Below, one piece after another: positions 1-9,923 of a stretch of 64,000 bases of DNA (within the stretch, counting starts at the first letter, position 1; each line of letters begins with the position of its first letter). The notes under the pieces were generated by a model. The model made no database searches and was not told where the DNA came from. It worked only from the letters and a program-made list of their open reading frames with translations. Made by a program: the position numbers and the translations under genes. Source of the DNA: a virus (Duplodnaviria > Caudoviricetes); IMG/VR virus record IMGVR_UViG_3300021400_003144, one strand, 5' to 3'.

Positions 1-196
1 GAAGTGGTTGGTAACATATGATGATAGTATTGGAGTCAGAAAGCTTTTTAGAGGTAGGGGTATTTATATTAAGCCTTTCCAGATTACATATACTATGGCA
101 GGTAAGACTGCTGATGATGCACTGAATGGTGAGGAATTGTTCATAGCTAATTATGATATTGTATCAAAGCAGAGTGATTTAGCTTCTATTCTATAA
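1..196 (+). CDS. C-terminal part of Dam/D12-class DNA adenine methyltransferase (truncated by window start)
   Basis: Frame open from window start; KWLVTYDD...ITYTM...EELFIANY resembles the D12-class N6-adenine MTase C-terminus. Confidence 0.65.
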   Translation, partial: KWLVTYDDSIGVRKLFRGRGIYIKPFQITYTMAGKTADDALNGEELFIANYDIVSKQSDLASIL

Positions 197-222
197 GGGT
201 TTGAGATTAAGGAGGAATTACT

Positions 223-1905
223 ATGACAATAGTAGGAACTATACTAAACACTAATTTAGCCCTGATAGGGCTTAGAGTAAAGAGTAAGGGAAATTTTTAT
301 AACTATAGACTTTCAGACTTTATAAGTAGAGGGTTTAAGAATAATCAGATAGATTGTTCTGGAGGCAGAGTAGTTGAGATTGGTAATTTTAAATTACGTG
401 ATTTGGACTGCTTTGCAAGTACTAATAAAGGTATAGTTCCTATTAATAACAGTATTGAAATTCAGAATACTATTGTGGATGATTTTGAGAGTTCAAATAT
501 AGTAGGATATACAGTTAATTTTAGAGGATTAAAAAAGACTGTAAATCTAAAGGCTGAGCAATTACTGAATATATCATATTTATTTAAACCAGTTGGATTT
601 TCAGTTTATAGAAAAGGAACTAAGGTTGTTATAAAAGGAACAGGTGGTAATAAGATAGGAGATTTACCTAGCTTAGTGGCATCAGGTGATGAGAGTAGAG
701 CATCAAGTAATGAGCATAAATCAGAGAACATTGAATATGATGAGATTACCAATTTATTTGTTCCTAGAGGTTTGATGAAGGACATAGCTTCAGAAATTGA
801 CCTTTCAGATATGGTTCCTATTGCAAGCAAGCTTGATGTATTTGATAATATAGTAAAGTTTAAGGGTGTCATAGTTGGAAGATATAAGAATAAGAAAAAA
901 TCTTCAAATGATGCAGATTATTCTGAAAGTAACATAAGATATTTGGATGGAGCATCTAATAGTAATGCTAAAATCATACTTAGCTCAAATAATACTAATG
1001 TAAATGTAAGATATAACTATGGTATTATGGCTAATATAGATGGTAAAGAGTATCCGGCTAAGGTAATGACTTTTGATTCTGTAAGTAAAGATAAGCAAGA
1101 CATATATACAACTTTGTTAGTCATGATTAATAAGGGTGTGATTAATGAGTTTATGCATGTGTTTGGTGAGATAGCTCAGATAATAGAGATGGATGACTGT
1201 GAAGCTAGAGCAGGATATAGAGAAGGCTGTGTAAAGGTTAAGATTGACATAGAGAAATTGCCTTTAGTAGATAATAGACTTGCTGATAAATACAAGTTTG
1301 TTAGTACAGAATCTCTTGAGAAAATAGTTATTAGATTAAAACAATTAAAGGCTTGTCAGACAATACTAAATGCTTATGCTAAAGAAAAGGGTATTGAGGA
1401 TAAAAGTTTTGTGGACTATAAGATTATGAGATATTACAGTTCACATTATGATGAAAGAGAGCTTGATAAGCTTACAGAGAACGGATTGGATGTAACTACT
1501 GGTTCATTAAGGCTTAACAGTGGAAAGAGTGGTAGTTACATGGATAATTCAGCATTATATAGTGAGTTTAATGTTGATGGAGCTGTAAACTTAGTAAGTA
1601 AGAACTTGGTTGCAGGAAAAATACCTGAGGTTATAGATTGTGATGACATTAGAAATACTCTTAAACTGTTTGATGAGAATGATGTTGCAGTAGAAAGATA
1701 TAACAATTTTAAAGAGGCTGTTTCAAATGAAATTGCAAGCTTAACTGAGACATTGTGGTTCTATAGATACTTTAATTCAACTGATAAAGGGTTCAATGAT
1801 GGAAAGAATTGGAGCAGAGTTGAATCTAAGAGAATCAGTGGTGATAAGGTAAAGTTGCAACTTGTTGGTACAAGCGTGATATTGACAGTTAAAAAGCCTG
1901 TGTAA
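223..1905 (+). CDS. hypothetical protein (560 aa)
   Basis: Long ORF with AAGGAGG RBS; no motif recognised. Confidence 0.8.
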   Translation: MTIVGTILNTNLALIGLRVKSKGNFYNYRLSDFISRGFKNNQIDCSGGRVVEIGNFKLRDLDCFASTNKGIVPINNSIEIQNTIVDDFESSNIVGYTVNFRGLKKTVNLKAEQLLNISYLFKPVGFSVYRKGTKVVIKGTGGNKIGDLPSLVASGDESRASSNEHKSENIEYDEITNLFVPRGLMKDIASEIDLSDMVPIASKLDVFDNIVKFKGVIVGRYKNKKKSSNDADYSESNIRYLDGASNSNAKIILSSNNTNVNVRYNYGIMANIDGKEYPAKVMTFDSVSKDKQDIYTTLLVMINKGVINEFMHVFGEIAQIIEMDDCEARAGYREGCVKVKIDIEKLPLVDNRLADKYKFVSTESLEKIVIRLKQLKACQTILNAYAKEKGIEDKSFVDYKIMRYYSSHYDERELDKLTENGLDVTTGSLRLNSGKSGSYMDNSALYSEFNVDGAVNLVSKNLVAGKIPEVIDCDDIRNTLKLFDENDVAVERYNNFKEAVSNEIASLTETLWFYRYFNSTDKGFNDGKNWSRVESKRISGDKVKLQLVGTSVILTVKKPV

Positions 1906-1937
1906 AAATTATTACAAGATAAAGTGGGAGTTTTGAA

Positions 1938-3392
1938 ATGCAGTATAAATTTGATGCATTATATAATGAAAATATGTATAAGACAGCTAATGTTATGTAT
2001 ATACTTGGTCAATATGAAGTGTTTAATAACATAGTAATTGATAAGTTTAGAAGTATGGCTGTACCAAAAACAGATAATACTGCATTTTTATCTGTTATAG
2101 AAGATTTAGCTGATGGATTACCTTCATCAGGACTTAGAAGCAGTGAATCATCCGCTAACTCAAATATAGTTGATTTTGATACTTTCATAAGTTTAAAAGG
2201 TAGCTATCCTTTACAAGGCAGATACTATTGTAGTGTAGATTATGACAGTTTAAGTAAGAAACAGTTAGAAAAATTAAGTGAGTATAATAAAGATAATAGT
2301 TCATCTGGAATACTTGTTGTGACAGCTAGAGATTTTAGAACATACAAGTATATTTCAAGGAATAATGCTTTAAAAGGTAGTAAAACAGCTCATTTTATAG
2401 AATTGTCATTTCCTAGAAGAGATATTCTTGAGAGTATAATCAGGGATTCATTTGAAAAGAGAAGTGTTAAGGTAAATGATAAAGCAATACAGTTGTTTAT
2501 ACTTAGAATGAGTAATGCTTATAATGATTATAACATTGTAATTGATAAGATAGCAGATATTTATAAAGGAACTACAATAGGATATGATGAAATGCAGGAA
2601 GGATTAAGGGGTATAGATAACTATGTACTTGATGATTTCCTGAGTGAGCTTACAAAGGGTGTTGGATGCAATAAGTTGGTTGGTAGAAGAAAGATTTATA
2701 AAATGTATAAATCTTTAATTGAGTCTTTATCAGCTAAAGATTTAGTTAACAGACTCAAGAGTAAGATTGATAACATGGTTGAACTTAGGATGCTCATTAA
2801 TGATGGCACAATACCAGTAATGGTTAGATATAATGCTAAAGAGATACAGGACAAGCTAAGTGATGAAAGCAAACTAAAGTCAATGAGTACCTATTCATTT
2901 AGAAAATATGCATATATAGCTAGTAAAACATCTCTTGAAGATTGGTTTTATATGCAGATGATATTAAATGGAAACTATAGACTTATGAGAGGATTTAACA
3001 AGTCTGAAGATGACTATAATCATATACTGTTAACTCTAATACATCGAAATGTTCTGAGTCCTGATAGACTTATGAATGATATTGGTATCAAGAGTGTTAT
3101 AGATGAGAGTCTTACAGAATTAAATGCTGTATTCTATGATGAGAACGTGAAGCTTACAGATACAGCCTTGAATGACATACTGGTTAAGAATAAAGATTAC
3201 ATTGAAAGTTTAAATAAAGAGAAATATAATGAGGCTGTTGAGCTTGAGAATAAGCTAAAGAATAAAAGGAAAAAGACACAAGGAAATGGAGGTAGAACAG
3301 GAAAGGGAGAAGGAAAGAAGAAAGAGAAGCAGGAAGAGAAACTAGATGAGCAGGCAGCACGTCTTAGAGAGTTGATGGGGATGGCAGAGTGA
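1938..3392 (+). CDS. DNA polymerase III delta (HolA)-like clamp-loader subunit, divergent
   Basis: IELSFP...IRDSFEKRSVKVNDKAIQLFILRMS...IDKI...DDFL resembles HolA lid/collar regions; replication context. Confidence 0.45.
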   Translation: MQYKFDALYNENMYKTANVMYILGQYEVFNNIVIDKFRSMAVPKTDNTAFLSVIEDLADGLPSSGLRSSESSANSNIVDFDTFISLKGSYPLQGRYYCSVDYDSLSKKQLEKLSEYNKDNSSSGILVVTARDFRTYKYISRNNALKGSKTAHFIELSFPRRDILESIIRDSFEKRSVKVNDKAIQLFILRMSNAYNDYNIVIDKIADIYKGTTIGYDEMQEGLRGIDNYVLDDFLSELTKGVGCNKLVGRRKIYKMYKSLIESLSAKDLVNRLKSKIDNMVELRMLINDGTIPVMVRYNAKEIQDKLSDESKLKSMSTYSFRKYAYIASKTSLEDWFYMQMILNGNYRLMRGFNKSEDDYNHILLTLIHRNVLSPDRLMNDIGIKSVIDESLTELNAVFYDENVKLTDTALNDILVKNKDYIESLNKEKYNEAVELENKLKNKRKKTQGNGGRTGKGEGKKKEKQEEKLDEQAARLRELMGMAE

Positions 3393-3622
3393 AGTTGAGT
3401 GAGGAATTAAAAAGAGAGATTAAGGCTACTATAAAATTTGTAGTCATTGCTGAAGTTTTATTGATTATTATGGATATAATAATATTTATCACTATGTATC
3501 CGGCATTGGACTTGGATTTACTGATAATAGACTTCAGTATAAAGTATAATGTCTTGTTTATTTTAATTCCTTTGTTACTTAGGGCGTATATATTCAAGAT
3601 AAAGAGAGACAGATATGAATGA
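3389..3622 (+). CDS. small membrane protein
   Basis: Two hydrophobic segments; 4-8 nt overlaps with neighbours. Confidence 0.55.
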   Translation: MKLSEELKREIKATIKFVVIAEVLLIIMDIIIFITMYPALDLDLLIIDFSIKYNVLFILIPLLLRAYIFKIKRDRYE

Positions 3623-3872
3623 AAAATATGTATTATTTAATATGAGTGGCATAATAGCTGTCAAGAATAACAGAGGCGAGGTAGTATATTACTGTCAACG
3701 TGGGATTAAAGAACTTAGAGCTGATGAAAAGATATATGCAATAGAGCGTGGAATTATTGACCCTAGAGCATTTAGCTTAAGAGAGCTACCTAAAAACTTA
3801 AAGCTGAACTATCATGCTTGTGGAGCAAGTAGTAAGAATGAGAATTTCAATAAAAATATTTTGTATAGATAA
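3615..3872 (+). CDS. hypothetical protein
   Basis: Overlapping ORF in the operon. Confidence 0.6.
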   Translation: MNEKYVLFNMSGIIAVKNNRGEVVYYCQRGIKELRADEKIYAIERGIIDPRAFSLRELPKNLKLNYHACGASSKNENFNKNILYR

Positions 3873-3934
3873 GACTTGTGAATAAAATTACTAGCATTAA
3901 AATATTAGTTGTTATAAATGATTAATATTTTAAT

Positions 3935-4729
3935 ATGAGGTATGGTGAAATGATTAGTAATTTAGTTCTGACAGGTACTTATAATATAGGCATTACTAAT
4001 GAAAAGATGATGCTGAATGGAAATAAAAATGACATTAAGGATATTCCATTTATCAGATACAGATTTGAGGATTATGCAGATGATAAGTTGGATTACATTA
4101 AGTCAATGCAGAGTAAGTTTAAGTATTCTGCACATTTAGCAGAAGTTTATGTTAAAGAAGGCTTTATAGAAGAGGTTAAGAACCTCAAAGAGAAGTTAAA
4201 TAACATAATTGTTTTTCTGTATATACCTATTACAAATGAAGATGTGACTGCTGATGGTATTAGTGAGAATACAGAGAATCTTCTTTATGATTTAGTGGAT
4301 GCAAATTTAGATGTAGATAGAGTTATGCTTAAGGATTTATCTAGCAGTCTATTTACTGTAGTAGCTAATAAAATGAAGAAGAGAATCACTGAGATTTTAG
4401 GATGTCAAATTTCAGATGTTGGAATATGCTGTAGTCCATTGTCAGTATTTGATGGAAATGCTTGTTTAACAGCTATGAAAGCTAGAGAACTATCAGCTAT
4501 TTATAATGATAACCCTGTAGCAGTTCCTTCTGAGAAGCATGAGTGCAAAAATGACCATGGATGTTGTTGCATAAGACATTTTATAGTAAATAGTGATATA
4601 GCAGCTCCAGTGATTAAAGTAGGTAATACAGGTGGTTCAGAGAAAAAGTCAGATGAGGATGGTGACTCAGCTGAAAATGAAAAGAAAAAGACTGCAAAGA
4701 AAGTAACAATGATGCTGACATCTTGGTAA
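3935..4729 (+). CDS. hypothetical protein with Cys-rich C-terminus
   Basis: CCSP, CLTA, CKNDHGCCC; followed by a terminator. Confidence 0.75.
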   Translation: MRYGEMISNLVLTGTYNIGITNEKMMLNGNKNDIKDIPFIRYRFEDYADDKLDYIKSMQSKFKYSAHLAEVYVKEGFIEEVKNLKEKLNNIIVFLYIPITNEDVTADGISENTENLLYDLVDANLDVDRVMLKDLSSSLFTVVANKMKKRITEILGCQISDVGICCSPLSVFDGNACLTAMKARELSAIYNDNPVAVPSEKHECKNDHGCCCIRHFIVNSDIAAPVIKVGNTGGSEKKSDEDGDSAENEKKKTAKKVTMMLTSW

Positions 4730-4737
4730 ATCAATAA

Positions 4738-4787
4738 ATAAAGGGAACATAAACTATAAGAAGTTTGTGTTCCCTTATTTTTATTTT
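4738..4787 (+). terminator. rho-independent terminator
   Basis: AAGGGAACATAAAC / GTTTGTGTTCCCTT stem plus T-tract. Confidence 0.8.
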
Positions 4788-4842
4788 AAATATATGCTGT
4801 AAGGTTCAGATTTCTGTAGGATGAATTGATTCTTAAAAACTA

Positions 4843-4943
4843 TTGACAAAAGTTAAAATATATGATATAGTTATTGTATAATAATAAAAAATTAATTTTT
4901 GTAAAGGTAAAAGATTGACAAATGTGTCCGATTTGTGTATAAT
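4843..4943 (+). promoter_or_regulatory. two tandem sigmaA-type promoters
   Basis: TTGACA(4843)-17-TATAGT and a perfect TTGACA(4915)-17-TATAAT(4938). Confidence 0.8.
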
Positions 4944-5036
4944 GTTTTTTGGGAGTTAAGTCGGGAGAACAACTTCTGATGATGCTCTAGGTACAAATTG
5001 AATACAGTTCTTTTTTAAGATAGGAGATTTTTCGAG

Positions 5037-5807
5037 ATGTATAGCAGTCTAGGTTTAATGAATCAGAAAGAATTGATGGGTAGCACTTGTGTTTTCACTT
5101 CTGGAATCAAGGAGCCAGAAATAGACAGGCAGGCTTCAGACTTTATCAGTGGTCATTTCTTTGAACTTGTTAAAGCGGCTCATAAGATGGGAGTAGATGC
5201 TAACAAGTGTGAGGACATAGTTCAGGATGTTACTCTTAGCATTCTTAAACAGGAAGAGTACGGTGAGGGTTATGATATGAACAAGGGTAATCGTTCAGAA
5301 CCTATCTCACCAAGAGAATTTGTTTATGGTAGACTCAAGATGTATTCTAAGAATGTCAAATATAGAAAACAGACTGAGGCTCCAGTATTTGTAAAGGGTG
5401 CTGATGGTAAAGCAGAGGAACAAATGAATATTATTCCTTCTACTGTTATGACAGATGACCTTGAGCAAATGACAAAGGCTCAGAGAGATTTTGTAAACGC
5501 TCAGAAGAGATTTCTTACAGATGATGATGCTGTGACTGGTGTAGACGCTGTAGATGAAGCAGAGAGCATTGAAGAACAAATGAAGTATGTATTATCATTT
5601 GATAGAATGTGCAATGGTAGTATTTCAGCTCTCTTAAAGAAAATTGACTATTTTAAAGAGAATCCTGATAATAAAGAGTATAAAGATTTTTGTAACTTTA
5701 GTAACTTTAAGGCTCCATTTATTGAAGCTTTAACAGACATCATAAAATTCTCAGGTACAAACAGAGAAAAATATGATGCAGCTATAAAAAATGTATTTAG
5801 AGTTTAA
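5037..5807 (+). CDS. sigma-70 region-2-like protein
   Basis: CEDIVQDVTLSIL...YDMNKG...REFVYGRLKMY resembles sigma region 2. Confidence 0.5.
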   Translation: MYSSLGLMNQKELMGSTCVFTSGIKEPEIDRQASDFISGHFFELVKAAHKMGVDANKCEDIVQDVTLSILKQEEYGEGYDMNKGNRSEPISPREFVYGRLKMYSKNVKYRKQTEAPVFVKGADGKAEEQMNIIPSTVMTDDLEQMTKAQRDFVNAQKRFLTDDDAVTGVDAVDEAESIEEQMKYVLSFDRMCNGSISALLKKIDYFKENPDNKEYKDFCNFSNFKAPFIEALTDIIKFSGTNREKYDAAIKNVFRV

Positions 5808-5834
5808 GGTATAGCACGAGGGAGAAGTATTACC

Positions 5835-6623
5835 ATGGAAGGTCTAAGAGAGATTGATTTAAAGCAGTTTGCTGTATGTGGTTCATCTAAGTTATTAGAT
5901 AACACTGATGAAGTTGAAGAGATGTGGAATAGACAGGTACTTGTTTATTACAGAGATAATCTCCCACATATTAAGGCAAGACTTAGAGGGTTCGATCATA
6001 AACTCTCAGACGAAAAATTAGACATGGTAATTGCTGAGTTAGGAGAATCATTACAGACTTGCAGAGATTATGGTGACTGTGATGAAAGTGAGCAGAAACT
6101 TTCCCTTGAGAATTATGTTATTAAGTGGGGTCAGTATTGCATCAGAAGATTAAGACATAGAGAAGCTGAGGCTAAGAAAATTATGGCTATACCTGTTAAG
6201 ATTTCTGATGAGTCTGATGAAGAGCATGATGCATTTGAAACTCTGGGTGATGAAAATGCAAGCTTGAGATACAGAGTAAGCGAGGTTGATTTAGACTCTA
6301 GTTTAAATCAGATGCTTTGTAAGAGAAATTATTATGGCATAGATGTTTTCAATCTCCTTTATATAAAAATAAAGGGTATTGTAATGAATATTGGTACAGA
6401 GATAACAAATATAATATCAGATGTATGCGGAATAAGTTCTGTAGAAATAATGAATGCTGAGTATATGCTATCTCGTGACGAGGACTTTAGAAGTCTTAAT
6501 CAGGACATAGCAATTATTCTGGCTAACAATCCTAACAACTATGATGTGGTAAATAGATTAGGAGAATATGTTTATGGAAAGTCTAGCATAGATAAGGTTA
6601 TATCTGCAGTAGCAGGTATGTAA
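5835..6623 (+). CDS. hypothetical protein, possibly a second divergent sigma-like factor
   Basis: Similar size and layout to the upstream gene (helical region, RDYGD, SLENYVIKW, acidic linker). Confidence 0.35.
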   Translation: MEGLREIDLKQFAVCGSSKLLDNTDEVEEMWNRQVLVYYRDNLPHIKARLRGFDHKLSDEKLDMVIAELGESLQTCRDYGDCDESEQKLSLENYVIKWGQYCIRRLRHREAEAKKIMAIPVKISDESDEEHDAFETLGDENASLRYRVSEVDLDSSLNQMLCKRNYYGIDVFNLLYIKIKGIVMNIGTEITNIISDVCGISSVEIMNAEYMLSRDEDFRSLNQDIAIILANNPNNYDVVNRLGEYVYGKSSIDKVISAVAGM

Positions 6624-6856
6624 GTTAGCATAGAGTGTTCATCTTAATTAGCACATAGCTACAGTAGTTTTATTAAAGACATTTAGTAAAGCTACTGTAG
6701 CTACCTCCAGTTATAACCTAGCTGTCTATGTTTGAATTTATTGGAATTTTTGGAAATTTTTGAACTTTGGAATTTTCGTATAATACTCATGAGATCCCCC
6801 CTTGTTTGTGTATAAATGAATAACTTTAATGGATAATAAAGACAGCTAGTTTATAT

Positions 6857-6897
6857 AGAGCAGTGATGATAGAAATATTGTCACTGCTTTTTATTTT
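6857..6897 (+). terminator. rho-independent terminator
   Basis: AGCAGTGATGATA / TATTGTCACTGCT stem plus T-tract. Confidence 0.75.
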
Positions 6898-6985
6898 GCT
6901 AATAAATTTTAAAGTATGAATAGTAGCTATATAATAATATATGTTATATTAAATAATTAAATTTTGTTGTTTTTTGGAGGGTAGT

Positions 6986-7354
6986 ATGGAATATCCATTA
7001 TACAGTCAGATTTTTACTAGATTATCTACTGACACTGCTATTGTGACTTTTAAGAAGAAAGATAATACAATTAGAACTATGATTTGCACTAGGAATAGAT
7101 ATACCATTGAAGGCAATTGTGGAGATATTATATATCAACTTCTTGGAAAAGATAAGCATTGTAATATAAATAATGGAAACATGTCAGTTATAGATATAGC
7201 TATAGGAGAGGCTAGGTCTTTTAACATTTACAATTTAATTAACATTGAGTACTTAGGCGAAATTAAAACACCTGATGAGTATACTACAGCTATGGCTAAA
7301 TACTTAGAGGTTATGAAACGTAATGAGACTTTAACAGAGAAAGATAATATTTGA
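6986..7354 (+). CDS. WYL_2/Sm-like SH3 beta-barrel phage protein
   Basis: VTFKKKDNTIRTMICTRN...DI...ARSF motif; GGAGG RBS before ATG 6986. Confidence 0.65.
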   Translation: MEYPLYSQIFTRLSTDTAIVTFKKKDNTIRTMICTRNRYTIEGNCGDIIYQLLGKDKHCNINNGNMSVIDIAIGEARSFNIYNLINIEYLGEIKTPDEYTTAMAKYLEVMKRNETLTEKDNI

Positions 7355-7373
7355 AAGGAAATTTAATGATTAT

Positions 7374-8261
7374 ATGATTTACATTAAGTCAAAACCATAT
7401 AACTGTGTCAAGGATATTGGCAAGTTATTAAACAAAGTTAAAATGTGTATTGGAGTTAATACAGATAAGATTAATGATGAGGTAGATAGGTTATTATCTG
7501 TAGATACATCAGGTAAGGGAGCAGACTACAGAGAAAGATTATATGACTGCATTAACTACCTAGAGTCTATAACTGATTTTATGGACAGATTGCATAGTAA
7601 GAATGGCAAGAGGGAGTTTAAAGTTTCCTATAATATTATAGGAAATTACATAGAGTGTTCACCTTTGAACATACTGAATGTAGATGAGTTTGATATAAAG
7701 CTTGAGGACATAATCAAGATTAAGGATGATTATTCATTGGTGAGTGCTGATTATACTAATGTTTTAGCAGCTATTGGTTTTGATTATGTAAAGAATGATT
7801 TGGGTTATTCCTGGCGTGATATAGAGGATTCATTATCTAAGTGCACTAATATGGTCTGTAACAATGAAGCTTCAACACTGCTGAGTATTGTAGATGCAGA
7901 AGATATGGATTATAAGCTGATGAGAGAAATGAAGATAGGTTCTTGTGATTATATGGATAGTCGTAGAGAAAGAATCTATGGGTACTATAGTGAAGATATA
8001 GGAAATACAGATGATATGTATAAAAATATCATGGAGATTAATGGAAAAAACACAATGCATATGGTGCTTAAAGATATACTTGAGAAGTTTGATAAGAAAG
8101 CAGACGTAGGATTAATTAGTGTAGAGGAAACAAGAGTTAATCTTATGTGTGCAAATAAAGACGTTGAGAATATTGTGGAGTTCTTAAAAGATGGTATTTG
8201 TGTACAGTTATTTGGAAGAAGTTTTCATTTTGAACCAGTTATAAAGGTTGTTAAGGGTTAA
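7374..8261 (+). CDS. degenerate family-A polymerase-domain-like protein
   Basis: YSLVSADYTNV resembles motif A (ADYSQIE); LISVEETRV sits at the motif C position without HDE. Confidence 0.4.
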   Translation: MIYIKSKPYNCVKDIGKLLNKVKMCIGVNTDKINDEVDRLLSVDTSGKGADYRERLYDCINYLESITDFMDRLHSKNGKREFKVSYNIIGNYIECSPLNILNVDEFDIKLEDIIKIKDDYSLVSADYTNVLAAIGFDYVKNDLGYSWRDIEDSLSKCTNMVCNNEASTLLSIVDAEDMDYKLMREMKIGSCDYMDSRRERIYGYYSEDIGNTDDMYKNIMEINGKNTMHMVLKDILEKFDKKADVGLISVEETRVNLMCANKDVENIVEFLKDGICVQLFGRSFHFEPVIKVVKG

Positions 8262-8284
8262 AAAGAAAGGTAAAGAGGCATAAT

Positions 8285-8857
8285 ATGAAAATAGTTTATT
8301 GTCATTTTTCATTTCGTAGACCAAAGGATAAGGGATATGGTATATTTGCTTGTGCTCTATACGCTGATAGTAATGGAAAGAGACTTGTAGCAAGGTCAGT
8401 AGTTGCTCAGAATTTATGGGTTGACCATCAGCATATAACAGCTATTCAGGCTTATGCTAATGCACTCAGTAAGATTTGTGATTGGCAGGATAAGCTAATT
8501 GATAAGGGAGTAACTAATGTGCTTCTTGTGACAGATAATAGCAATTTGGCTGGTTGGATAGCTAATCCTAAGAAGAATAAGGACTTCAGGGAGTATATGG
8601 CAAGAGCATATAAGCCATTTCATTCAGGAAATAAGGAGTTACGCATTGGAGTTGGAATGTGTGAACCTAGAAAGTTAGAGAAGTCATATAAGTTCTGTAA
8701 AGAGGAGCTTGTAGAGAATTGGAGTGAGTTTAATAATTCTAAGGTGAGTGATAATAAGACAAGACTTGAAGTGTCAGGGCTTATGTCAATAGCAGATTTG
8801 CTTAATAAAGATGCTCCTGATGGATTAGATAACTTTAAGCCTAAGAAACTAAGCTGA
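8285..8857 (+). CDS. RNase H-like fold protein
   Basis: GYGIFAC...AIQAYANAL...NVLLVTDNSNL pattern of the RNase HI family; first catalytic Asp not evident. Confidence 0.55.
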   Translation: MKIVYCHFSFRRPKDKGYGIFACALYADSNGKRLVARSVVAQNLWVDHQHITAIQAYANALSKICDWQDKLIDKGVTNVLLVTDNSNLAGWIANPKKNKDFREYMARAYKPFHSGNKELRIGVGMCEPRKLEKSYKFCKEELVENWSEFNNSKVSDNKTRLEVSGLMSIADLLNKDAPDGLDNFKPKKLS

Positions 8858-8894
8858 GAGAATAAATTCGAGTACATGGAGCAAGTAGGAGACA

Positions 8895-9887
8895 ATGGTT
8901 AAAAGTTTAGGTAGAGCTTCAGTTCTCAAAGAGATACAGAGTAAGGCTATGAAGTATAGCATCAGAATTGTAAGTTTAAGTGATATGAAATACAGAATAG
9001 AGCTTAGTGGAGTTTCTATTACATTTGGAAGTGAAGAAGTAATAGTCCATGATTCTGTTAGAGGCAAAGTGATTTTACATGCTTACAAAATTGAGATAAT
9101 TGATGAAGATGATGGAATAGTCAAGCTATTATTTTATGTAGGTAGAACTGTTGGATTACCTTATGGATTCATATATGAAATAGATATAACAGTAAAAGGA
9201 CTAGGGTGCAGGACAAAGATAAAGCCAGATAAAACTAATGTATATAGTGCATATGATAATATAGGAAGCTTAACATATGCTCAGCTTATGAATGTGGTAA
9301 GCGACTATAAAAGTCTGAGTAATATGGAGTATAGGACAATAGTAAAAGGAAATTTACCTTATTTCAATAGAAACATATCAGAGTTAATTAGCTTATTGAG
9401 CAATATGTTTGAGCGTCTACCTAAAGGAAATGTACCTGAGGGCTATGATGATTCACTTTCACAGTTAGTAAAGAGTTATCAGTCTGGATATGACTTTTAC
9501 ATTAATAAAGATTATTATAAGCTGGCTTATGAAGATGGGTCTTTTACTTATTTTAAAGTTAACAGTAGCTGTTATGAATTACTAAAAATAAACAGATTTA
9601 TTGTTAATGAATATAGTTCTGAGAATGTGGATGACTTTAAAAGTATAAGAGTTTTAAAAGATAAGCATAAAGAATTTACACAATACATAACATTGGAAGA
9701 GAATGGTGCTTTCAGTGTTATATTTAATCTTATAAATAATATGTATTACATAAGGTTTAAGATATTCTTGTTAGATTGTTTTGATAAATATGAAGAAGCT
9801 AGAAATTCGTTAGAAATACTTGGTGGAAATAACTCAAACATAAGTGAATTTCAAGACAGTATAATAAAAGAAGTATATGCTATATAA
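8895..9887 (+). CDS. hypothetical protein
   Basis: ORF with AGGAG RBS. Confidence 0.75.
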   Translation: MVKSLGRASVLKEIQSKAMKYSIRIVSLSDMKYRIELSGVSITFGSEEVIVHDSVRGKVILHAYKIEIIDEDDGIVKLLFYVGRTVGLPYGFIYEIDITVKGLGCRTKIKPDKTNVYSAYDNIGSLTYAQLMNVVSDYKSLSNMEYRTIVKGNLPYFNRNISELISLLSNMFERLPKGNVPEGYDDSLSQLVKSYQSGYDFYINKDYYKLAYEDGSFTYFKVNSSCYELLKINRFIVNEYSSENVDDFKSIRVLKDKHKEFTQYITLEENGAFSVIFNLINNMYYIRFKIFLLDCFDKYEEARNSLEILGGNNSNISEFQDSIIKEVYAI

Positions 9888-9923
9888 TTTAAGGAAATAC
9901 ATTAAGGAGATTGAGGATAAAAG

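Noticed and set aside
4945-5030. Possible tRNA or riboswitch in the leader of the sigma-like gene
   Set aside because: No cloverleaf or recognisable aptamer; no tRNA or rRNA genes recognised anywhere in the window.
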